Source: Yuukianura sp. NJ FZ-2021
Taxonomy: Eukaryota
DNA: 64,000 nucleotides
Direction of reading: 5' to 3'
NCBI GenBank assembly: GCA_046563655.1
Contig: CM102287.1
Location: 5,084,001 to 5,148,000, forward strand
Shown: positions 36,124-47,174 of the stretch, piece by piece
Layout: every line of letters starts with the position of its first letter
Numbering within the stretch: the first letter of the stretch is position 1
Made by a program: the position numbers and the translations under genes
Notes under the pieces: generated by a model
Seen by the model: only the letters and a program-made list of their open reading frames with translations
Told to the model about the DNA's origin: nothing
Database searches by the model: none

Positions 36124-38263
36124 ATGACCTCTCAAGAAATTAATGTCGATGCCGAGTACTTCCGACTCAAGCGGGAAGGTAATGAGCATTTTCACCGAGG
36201 CGACCTTGTCAAGGCACAGGAGTGCTACCAAAAATCACTTGAATGTCAACCGGAACCACCGCGGGAAGTATTGGGTGTTCTTCATGTCAATCTGGCGACG
36301 ATTTATTCTAAACTACAACCACCCAACTGGTAAGCTCTTGTTAAACTTAGTCTATTTAGGAATATTGTGCTGAATTAAGCTCAATCCACGATTTTGATAC
36401 TCAAATAGGGAGGCAGCAGTGGAGCATTCCAACGTGGCTCTGGAAATCAATCCACAAGATGATCGTGCTTTGTTTGGAAGATATCGAGCACATGATGCTC
36501 TGCGAAAATATGCTGAGGCCCTTGATGACATCACTTCCTGTTGCTGTGTCAAGTTTCACGATGCAATGTATTCTAGAGCTCTGGATATGGCCATTATCAA
36601 AGTGGCTGAAGTGGACGCTGACGTTTTGGTGAAGAATCGTCGCCCAAGTCCTCGATCTCGATACAATCTCAGTGCTTACTTCAAAACGTTTTCATCTGAC
36701 CCAGTAGTTGACTGGTGGAACGGCAAGTTCCCACCCAATTGCGAGCCACTCTGCGTTCTATCAAAAATGTTGGCTGATCAATCACTGGAAGAGAGTGGTG
36801 GCGACGCTGGGGATACCAAAGTCAATCTATCGTAAGCCAATAATCCATAAAAGTTAAGTTAAGCTTAGCAAAGCTGAAGCGAAGCATTAATCATGATTTG
36901 TATTTTTAGCGGTTTCGTCGCAGCAGCATGGGCTCTTCGATGTCAAAATTTCGCAACAATTATGGATCACTGTACTGAAGAATTGCGCAACGAAGAATCC
37001 ATATTCAAAGCGGAGGCTCATCTTCTTCGTGGAACTTTTCGTTATTTGTGGGGATACACCGAAGAAGAGATTTTGGAAGATCTGGAACCAATTGCTGAAG
37101 GGAAAATTCCTGCTTCGGTGGAGATTCGAACGAGTGCACTGATGAAACTTGGTGAATTGTACACTTTGCTCAAGGATCGTCCCAAAACGGCCAGGGCTTT
37201 TTGTCATGCCGAAGGCATCTCTCCGCAAAATCCAGATCCAACTGCTGGTTTCTGCAATGCGATGATGGAAACGGATGAACTCTTTGACGCCTACGCTGAA
37301 ATTCACAAGTCATGTCAAATTGAACCAGTCTTTCCACCACACTGTAAAAAAAAATCGATTCATTTCAGAATCATGACGATTTTTTTCTAATTTCAAAAAC
37401 TAATGATATTTTTATGTTTGGTTTATAGTGGCCATCAAGTGTTTCTTGAGCTTTCGTCTGGACGCGATGAAAGGACTGGCAACGGCTCCAATTGAGGGTT
37501 TGAATCTCTTCGAGAAAAATATAGCCCAGTTTCCAGACTGGTAAGCTTCAAGTTTTCGAAAATCAAAATTTCGGAAAAAGAAAAGCTGAAAAAAAAATTC
37601 ATGACCATATTTTTACATTCTCTGAACAGCGCTGAACTCCACGTTGCCTTTGGTCACTTTTTCAAAGATGTAAGCACAAGCACATTGACATTTCATTGTA
37701 CTACATTGATGTTGCAGAGATTCAAAATAGTTTTCAATTTTTTTTATGAAAATTGCAGCTTCGTGAATCAACAGCAGCTTACATGGAATTTCGCAAAGCG
37801 GCGGTTCTTGAACCTGATAATTTGGGATACTCCGTCAACATGATCATGATGAAATTCGAAACTACTGCCAACATGGAAGGCTGCGTCAAAGAGCTCAACG
37901 TAAGTAACAAAAAATCTTACGGAAATTGCAAGCAAAGTTGAAATTGAAAAGTGAAAAATGTCTATGTTTTGTTTTTAGGAAATTATTGCCAAAGATCCAA
38001 CTTGTGTCAGTGCCTACGAAGCTTTGGCTACACTATACGTCAGCGTTGGACGCAACTTCGAAATTGCATTCTACGCTATTGAAAATGGACTGAAGTTTGC
38101 CAAAGGTCGCCACGACTTTCTCACTTTTGCAATTCTCAAGAAAACTGCCGAAGTACGTCAACGGGTCATGGCAGCCTACCAAGCACATCAGGGAGCAGCG
38201 GCAGGACAAGGACGCTACGATCAATTCCTGGTGAACAGTTTTGATACTGCTACGATGGACTAA
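36124..38263 (+). CDS. Divergent TOM70 paralog lacking the N-terminal membrane anchor
   Basis: LKREGNEHF, ALDDITSCC, FSSDPVVDWW, AHLLRGTFRYLWG, AYEALATL align with the neighbouring TOM70; two intron positions are shared. Confidence 0.8.
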
Positions 38264-39364
38264 AAAGTCAAAATCAATCAAGTCCACAACCAATTACATC
38301 AACAATCAATTCATCAACATACCAATAATCTACAATCCGCTCAAAAATTAGTGAAAAATAACTCCGCTCGGCATAGAAGTGAAGCATTTTTTCAACCGAA
38401 ACTGAAAAATCATGGAATCTGAAACAAAAATTGCACGTAAGTTTATCTTAGTTTTTCTTTAAAAAAAAATTAAAAAATTACGTTTAATCGTTTTCATTTT
38501 CGTGTTTATGCTAAAAGTAAAAAGTGTTTAAAAAATTGTGCCATTTTGTGGTCAGTTTTTGTAGTTTTCCGAAGCATGAAAATCTTTTGTCTGGTGATTA
38601 AAAACCGTGACGGAAAACCTTGATCTTGAGTTGAAGCCAAAAAGGAAAGGGAAAACACCTTAAACACTTCAAAAGTGTGTTAACCAAGTCATATCTTGGT
38701 ACTCTTCCTTTTTTTATGCGTTGAACACATTGTCTTACGTTACTTTGTATGTTAGTCTTAACAATTAAGTGTAGCTACACTAAAACAATTATTATTTTAA
38801 TGCTGCGTTAATCAGGGCGAAGAGTTATGGGTTTCCGAGCTCATAAATCGAAGAGTCAATTAGCTTAAGTCTTCTTCCGCTAAAACACTCACGAATTACA
38901 TTAGTAATTGACAGTTTTTATTGTCATTTCTAAAATAGCACAGAATGTAAAACTAAAAAATGTTGCATGCGTATTCGGTATTGAACTGGAGAAGTTAAGA
39001 AACGAAATGCATCGAGATTGGCGAAAAAATATAACGTTTTGTACATATTTCCTAAGGTTGCTGGACAACCGAATCGTAAATCCTAATTTTAAATTCTAGA
39101 CTTTAAAACTTCCAGTCATTGGACAAACTGTTGTAGAAAAAGGTTTTTTTTTTGTTTACGAACCTTGGTATTTTCAAAATTTTTAAAAAAGACCAGCAGG
39201 AAGTAACCTAAAACAAGAACCGTAAAGTACCACAATTTTGCGCTTGCGTGAAAAAAACAAGGTCAGAAGGTCAAACTATCAATAATTTTTAGCACTATAA
39301 GCAATATGTAAGAAAACGAACATTTGAAATTTTTAAATTTTGAATTTTTTCAAAATTTCAGTCT

Positions 39365-41853
39365 TCAGTTCCTGTAAATTTTGTGTGACCAGCGATGTGC
39401 TGTTGCTGTTGGAGACACAACCGCCGCGACAGGAATTTGTGAAGCATTTGATACAGGAACGACCTTGGATCTGGAAGTTCTGAAGTTCGTCGGAAGAATT
39501 CTCTTGCTGATGGAATCGTAAGTAAGTTTTGGATATTTTTCGTGTTCGGGATCCGGAAGATAGTTTTGGAGATTAGTCGGAAGTGTTCGGTACTTGCTCG
39601 GTTTTACCGGTTTGTTAACCCCCGGTACATCTTCGTAGTTTTTAGCACTGTAGGGCATCCAGTCTACTATTTTTGGATCTTGTCTCAGTCCTGGGCTGTT
39701 ATAGCGGGTATCAAAATTCGGTTGTTGAGATCCAGCTAGAGTGGCTGGCGTATGTTCAACTTGAGAAATAGCTGCAAAAGTTTCGCTGAATCGCTGTTTT
39801 CGTTCATATACCTTCGACGATTTGTCTCTCTCTTGTCGACATTTTTTCCTGGAAGGTTTTGCGCATTGTCTATAGTGTTCCTCCGATTCGCTTCCGGCAG
39901 CAACGTACGGATCTTCGTCGGTGATGGAGTCACGCCGATAGTTGTTCCATTCGGGCCGATTTCGGAATGCGGGTTTGTTCGTATTCGGAGTCCACTGAAG
40001 CAGATTCTGTTGTTGGTCGGATCCTCTCGGCGGCGTTCCGGAAGAAAACCGAAACATGTCATCTTTCGGTCCATAGATGTCCACTGGTGGGTCTCCGATT
40101 ATCGGTGGTGGCTGTCCATATGTACTATGTGGGGGTCCAAAGTTTTGCATTGGTGGGCCAAAGTTCATCGGTATTTGATTTCCCGGTGGAGCTCCACGGT
40201 TTGGAGATCTGGAAGGCGCTGGAGTTCCGGAAATCCATTGATTTGCTGGTCTGGAAGGAGCTGGAGATCCGGAAATCCATTTTGTCCAACCAGGGGTGAC
40301 TGGTGGGCTGGAAGTGGCTGGTGGCAGATAAGTTCGAGGTGGCTGCGTGGGGCCTGGCCAGGAGTCACTTTGTTCTATCACCAGAACTGGACTTTGGTGG
40401 GACTGACGCGGTGGGGCTGGAAGACGCTGCTTTTGGTCTGGAGGTGGCGCTGGAGTGTTCACTGGGCCCCATTCGCTCGCTGGCTGATACCCTCCTGACG
40501 ACGGTTGCTTCGATCCAGAATAATGGCTGTTTTGTTGACCTTTTTGACGTTGGTCGGGTGGTGGCCCACCTTGGTGGGGCTTAGATGGTGGGCCATATGT
40601 GGGTTGTGGTGGACGATTTTGCTGTGGGGGAGTGTTGTGAGCAAGGGGCGGTGGTGGAGACCAAAATGGTGGGCCATAAGAAGATCGCGTGGGTTCCGGT
40701 GTTGGGGGGCCATATTTTGTTGTTACCGCGGAAGTGCTGGTGCGATGATTAAAATCTGGCGGAATCGAAGAAGTAGTTGGCGGCGGGCCTTTTGTCCAAC
40801 CTTGGTTTTGATCCTGTTGATCTTTTGTCCAACCTTGGTTTTGATCCTGTTGATCTTTTGTCCAACCTTGGTTTTGATCCTGTTGATCTTTCGACCATCC
40901 TTGATTTTGATCTTGGTTCTGTTGATTCTTTGACCAACCTTCATTTTGAACTTCATTTTGTTGATCTGTTGTCCAAGCTTGATTTTGGTTTTGTGGAACT
41001 TTTGTCCAAATCTGATCTTGGTTCTGTTGAGCTTTAGGTCTACCCTGGTTTTGTTGACCTTTTGACCAGCCGGGACCCGGTTTTCCCCAATTCGGATCCG
41101 GCTTGCCTGGTTTCCAGCCCTGATCTGTATTTTGATCTTGTTTCCAACCTTGCTGCTGTTTTTGTTGCTGTTGACCTTTTTGAATTTCTGGAGGCGGTGG
41201 GCCATAGATCGGTCCATAACTGATGAAAGCTGGAGCGTACTTTTGCTGCTGTTGACTTTTTGATCTCCCCCTCCCGGGTTTGTCTTTCTTTTGAAACAGT
41301 TTGACCAGAGCCGACGGAACTTGAATGATAATGTTCGTTTTGTCATTGTTCTTACCAGTTCTTCTCTCCTTTGACCTTCCCCGCCCGGACGTCGGTGTTG
41401 CTGTGGCATTCCATAGCGCATGCCCTCGTCCGCTGCCCAGCCCATGTTCCACGGCTGATCTTGTTCCTCTGACGACCTTTTGCTAAATTGCCAAAATCTT
41501 ACGCCCCCTGGTCCACATGCACTGCATCTGGTACCGCTTGATTCCGGGTACCGATCCGGGTACCTCCCTCTGCCACCGATACCTTCTGCAGACCGATCCG
41601 TGTACCTCGGTCCTAAACCTCTTCCCTCTACAGATCGATCCTGGTACCCACTTCCGGTACCCCTTCCTTCTCCAGACCGATCCGGGTACCTATGTCTGGT
41701 ACCGGTACCTTCTTCAGACTGATACCGATATTCCGGGCTGTTTTCACTTTCGTACGAAGCATCCGGTCGGAAGTTGTACACATCGCCTTTGATAAATGGA
41801 GCACTACGCAGAATCAGTTCCAAAACGACAAAACACGTCCAAATGCTTTTCAT
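39365..41853 (-). CDS. Secreted Gln/Pro/Gly-rich low-complexity protein (cuticle/extensin-like), 2 exons
   Basis: Signal-peptide ORF joined to the 695-aa ORF by a predicted 68-nt phase-0 intron 41355-41288 (GTAAG...TTTCAAAAG; REEL|KDKPG). YGPP and TYLPP motifs; WTKDQQDQNQG repeats. Confidence 0.7.
40790..40930. repeat. 33-bp coding tandem repeat (11-aa WTKDQQDQNQG unit)
   Basis: TTTTGTCCAACCTTGGTTTTGATCCTGTTGATC three times perfectly, plus degenerate copies toward 41160. Confidence 0.9.
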
Positions 41854-43336
41854 TTTTTAAAGAAACTAAACAATTTTGACATGGTTGAGACAAAACAGAC
41901 AAAATGCAACTAAATTGCGAAGCCTCCTTGAGTGAAAGTGAAGTCTCAATTTTTTTTACAACTTTTTTGTTTGAAAAAAATAAATTTTATGAAAAATCGA
42001 AATGAAGGTGAGAGGATGAAGCGATGCTTGAAGATGAGGGATGTGGTGTGACCCACTTGTTTTAGGCGGAGTGTTCAAAAGTGAAATGACGACTCCATTG
42101 CGTACAGTTCGTTTCTTTTAAAGACAGACAAGAAAAAAGTGGAAAAAAAGTTTCGTTTTCAAAATATTATGATCATGGGAGTGAAATTTTTTTTATTGCA
42201 TATTTCACTTCACTTTTTAAAAACGTTGGCCAATTTTAGTTAGAAAATAGACACCTTACATTACGGAATGACAAGAAAAGTTGCAGAGTAGGAGTGTGAC
42301 TTGTCATTTCAATTAAAAATTGCAACGTCCAGAGAAATTTTTTATGTGCTGATGGTAATCATATTATTCAAAAACTTTTCTTAATAGTACGTACACATTT
42401 TTCTTTTGAAATTAATGAAACGTACTTTATAAAATTCACGCAGTGAGTGGGTGTAACTGACCATTAGGCATTTAGAGCACTTACTTTAACTAGTTAGGTG
42501 AAACCTTAATTATAATCATTTAAGTGATAACTATGTTTTAGACATTTTGTGAAAACACCGCGGCGGCTTCTGTTCTGCAATTAACGTTTATAACACTTAC
42601 TGCAATAACAGCATAAATACGAATAACAACTCACCGCCTTTCCTAAAGGAATTTTCAAAAATCTCAAAAAACAAAGTGCCGAAAAACAATTGAAAAAACA
42701 TCGCTGTGTTCAAAACAACTTTTACAAAGCTAAACCTTCCTCGTTTTACATTGTAAACGGCAGGATGTGCAAATGACCTTCCGAAACAAGGAAAACATGC
42801 AAATTAAACATCTCCGCAAATAGGTAAATACAATTTTTTTTTAAAATTGTCCAAACTGAATTAAAAAAAAGTTGAACAATGGATTTTTTTTTGAAAATTA
42901 AGTTTTTGACGGAGAGGAAGTTGTTTAAATCGTGCCAAAAGTTCTTCAAAATTTCGAAATATGTCAACTAACATGGTAATTTTTTTTTTGAAAAAAAAAA
43001 ATAATAAAAAACACAGTGCCTTGCCATATTACGTCAATCTGAGATTACCCAACCGAAAAGATTTAGGCAAATATGCCACGCCCAAAAGTCTTTAACTGTT
43101 TACACAGAGCCATTCGTTTATAAAACAAAAAAGTCTTCAGTTTTTCGAAATTTTACAAAAACTGGAGAAAACAAACTTTATAAAATTAAAAAAAAACAAG
43201 TTTTATAAAAACTGGTGGAATTTGGTTTACACTTTTAATGGAGGCTTCTACTTAGAGTTAATCTTCAGTAGGAAAAAGTTGCTAAAAATTACTGTTATTA
43301 GTAAATTCAACTAAAAATTGACACAGCTAACTTAAA

Positions 43337-44719
43337 TTAAAAATTATCAAAGTACTTGTCAAAATGGTCAGTAAATATTTTTGATTCTTGTTGTTTAAAA
43401 AGATGATGGGGATTAGCATTAGCGGAATTGTTGTTGTTGTTTCTGTCAAAATTGGCAACAGAACTAAAGTACTTCGTGTCACCTCCGTTCCTTAACTGTG
43501 GTACAAACGGCGCTTTTGCTTTTCTAGTTAAAATGTCGTTCCAGTTGAACTTTGACCTTGTAAACCACTCGTGATTTTTGAGATCTGCAAATCCATTTGG
43601 CCACTGTCCAAGTCTCCTAGAAGCGTCCACAACCAGTAGTTTTTTGATGAGATCCTTCACTTCTTTAGATGCAAGTCTCGGAGGAGTGTATCTTCCAGAT
43701 ACAATTTTCTCGTAAGTGTCCATTCTACTTTCACTGTAAAATGGAGTTTGTCCCACTACAAATTCATAAATGAGGACACCAAGTGACCAGTAGTCGACTG
43801 CTCGGTTGTAGGATTGACCAGTGACGATTTCAGGAGCCATGTAGTCCTTTGTCCCACATTGTGTCGTGGCGCGTCTATCTTTGCGAAGTCTTTTGGAACA
43901 ACCGAAGTCACCTAACTTCAAGTACCCGTCGGCATCAATGAAAATGTTTTCGGGTTTTAGATCTCGACAAACAAGATCCATGTTATGAAGGTACTCAAGG
44001 GCCAGGATGACCTGTGACACGTAAAACCGAACTTGGGCTTCTCCAAATCCTGAACTAACGGCTTTCTGTCGCTGCAAAAGGTGCCAAGCGTCTCCGCCTG
44101 AAATTATAACAAACACTTTTTACTAACTTTTTAACAAAAAGTTAAAACTTTTTTAGTATTTAGAATTTTGCATTCAAAATTTTTTGGTTTTTGAACTTTT
44201 GAAACACTTACCTGGAAGATACTCCATGAAAAGATAGAGATTGACTGCATCTTGACCTTGAAATTTGAGATTCACTAAAAATGGAAAGTTAACAGCAGCA
44301 AGTATCCGTCGTTCGGTTTCTGCTTTACGAATTTGTTTGTGTTTGAATATAAGTTGTTTTTCTAAAACTTTTAGAACAAAGTAGTTTCCGGAATCATATT
44401 GACGAAGAAGCACTATCGGTCCAAAGCATCCGTTGGCAAGGACTTTCACTTGGAGAAAGTCCGACAATTCAGTGTTTCCGACACGCCCCAATGCCCAAGC
44501 CGTTTCGAAACAAGATTTTGAAAAACGGAGCCATTCTGGTGAACAGAGGTTAACTGAGGTCATGGGGTCACCTTCACTTCCACTGTATCCACTGCTCGTA
44601 AAAGCTGACCCGCCCGAGGCAGTTCTTGTTTGGCTACTTCCAGGAGTTCCGGAGTCAATATCCGAATAACGCAAATCCCTCGCTCTCTGCGATACTTTCT
44701 TCCAAAAACCAATTGCCAT
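43337..44719 (-). CDS. cAMP-dependent protein kinase catalytic-subunit-like AGC kinase, divergent, 2 exons
   Basis: ERRILAAVNFPFLV, NLYLFMEYLPGGD, CRDLKPEN, DFG, CGTKDYMAPE, AVDYWSLGV, KAPFVP, GDTKYF, C-terminal FDNF hydrophobic motif. Confidence 0.85.
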
Positions 44720-44775
44720 ATTTTCATTGGTCAGCGCCAAGGTCTCGGTCGCGGATTTCTCAAAATGTCAATTCC

Positions 44776-45190
44776 AAGGTCACGGATTTTTCTGAAGTCA
44801 AAATTCTACAAAGGTCACTGATGATGTGTCTGCGTTCGGATTTCACAACTTTAGAAAAGTCGAATCCAAGGTCACGGATTTCTGTGAAGATCCCTTACGA
44901 GGTCACGGATTTTTGTGAAGGTCACCTGCGATGTCACGGACTTTTGTAAAGATCACTTACGAGGTGACGGATTCCTCTGAAGGTCACTTGCGAGGTCACG
45001 GATTTCTGTAAAGATCACTTGTCAGTTCACGGATTTCTGTGAAGATGACTTGCGAGGCCACGGATTTTTGTAAAGATCACTTGCGAGGTCACTGTTTTTG
45101 TGAAGAAGATCACTTCCGGGGTCACACCTCTACGAAGCTCAGCTCGTGGCGTGACTGGCTTCGCAAAGGTCAGTTGCGAGGTCACTGGAT
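44776..45190. repeat. 31-bp degenerate minisatellite upstream of the kinase
   Basis: Unit approximately GAGGTCACGGATTTCTGTGAAGATCACTTGC; about 7 regular copies at 44870-45090 plus decayed flanking copies. Confidence 0.8.
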
Positions 45191-47174
45191 TCTCTGTTCA
45201 CCCCAAATAAATTTTCGCATCACCTTCCCCTCACAGATTGACTGCGAATGACATCGACGTCTAGTTGAGTGGTTTGGACAATCAGTTCCGTTTTAATAAG
45301 ACTGTTCATTTCCGGGCTTTTTTTGCTGAAAACTCGATAAGAACGTTATTTGAACTTGCACTTTCGGGATCAAACTGCGATGATTAATTGAAACTAACTT
45401 TGGCACTTATAAGGGGAGTGTAGTTTGCTCTTTGTGACATGACGATCATGACAAAATTCTTTTTAATCCGTTAAGCCTCACTTTTTTTATCTTGATAGGT
45501 ACATACCTAGCACCAGTATTTGCTAAAAGTTGTACTTTAACTAACGATTTTTAGACAACTGGAAGGATGATACTGACCAACTACTAGCGTCACTCCAATT
45601 TATCAAGTAACCTTTAACACCCTAACTTTCACCTTCAAAAACAAAGTTTGTTCAACGTATTTGCACATTCCGGTAATGCGTGTGCTTTTACAATTAGGTT
45701 AAGGTTAAATTTTTTGTTAGAAACAAGTTAAGGTAAGTTGTGATTTAATGCAATATTAAATAAATAAAAAGTTAAGGTAAAAAAATACTTCAAAAGTAGT
45801 AATCACAAGAGAGTGAGTGATAATCTATGAGTAATTACAGTTATAGGTTTAGAATTAACATTCACTTTTTGTTTAGTTAGTGACTTTAGGCTGGGGTTTG
45901 GAAACGTCCAAAAATCGATTTCACGAGAAACGATTTTACTTTTTTGAAATTAAAAGTTTGCGCCAGAGCAAGAGATTGGTTTTGTGCTTTTACGCAGTGG
46001 AAATTCCGTAATAGATGACGTGTGCTGTGTATTTTTAAAGATGAGGTACATACTGAAGGTCTTAGTTGTCAAAATTGCACTGAATGTTGATTAAAATAGA
46101 TTAATCGTTTAGTTTCAAGTACATGTCTCCTGTTTGTATCAAAACAAACCTTTCAATTGACGTCATTCTTTTTAGTAAGGTGAAAACAAATTAGCACTTA
46201 AAAAACTCTTGAAAGTTAGTGAAAACAGAATTCAAGTGATTAAAATGAATGAGCCTATAACTGCGTTCGAAAATATTACTGTGATAAACAACGACCTCGG
46301 AGGGGTCACTAACAGGTTTCTAACTGTTCCGTTGTGTAACAAGTGCTTTGAATATTAGCGCAAATTGGATTTATAGCCAATGCTTTTAGGTTTAGTTAGG
46401 ACAAAATGGCTAACCAAATTCAGTTATTGCGGGAAACAGGGCAGTGATTACTTTTGATTTTTAGTACACATTTAGACTTTCTAGTTTATAATTACTGTCC
46501 CTAAAATTTTAGTTGCGGCAGCCACAAACTTTTAGCCGGTGAGACAATGGCGCTAAAGTGAGAACATTATTCAAAATAAGAAGAATAAAAGGATGAAGTT
46601 AAGGATTAACGACCGTATCGGTGTACCACAGTGTAGCTATTCCGGCCATCTTTTGAGGCTACTTGGCTACAATAAGCGGCTACACTTTAATGGCAACCTT
46701 TGTAGCACGTTTTCGCAACCTATCCTAAGCAGAAGTGGCAACATAAGTTGCCGCATAGTGGCATAGTGTTTCCATCTATTGCAGCCGCAAAGTGGCTACA
46801 AAGTTGACAACTACCGTTGTTCAACTTTACCTCAACCGAATAAAAGGTTAGGTAATTTGATTTATACTTTAGTACATATTTTGTACAAAAGAACAGTGAA
46901 CTACCACCAATTAATTCGTAGTTAATTATAATTAAAATCAGTTTTTAATTGCCTACGCTGAATAGTTCAGCGATAGTCTGTTGTCCTAACCGTAAGCATC
47001 AAACTTATAGAATTTAAAAGTTTTTGTTTCGTCGCTGGGATCGGACTTTCAACGGGATGGGATGATTTTTTAGCTGAATTGTGTTAAAAAAAATTTTTTT
47101 TTTTTAGTAATTAACTAGTGAAGCAGTGGCTAACTAGCACATAAAGAAGGCTGATTTCACAAAATCCACATAAA

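Noticed and set aside
41288..41500. Programmed ribosomal frameshift linking the two overlapping secreted-protein ORFs
   Set aside because: A 68-nt GT-AG intron of typical size joins the frames exactly.
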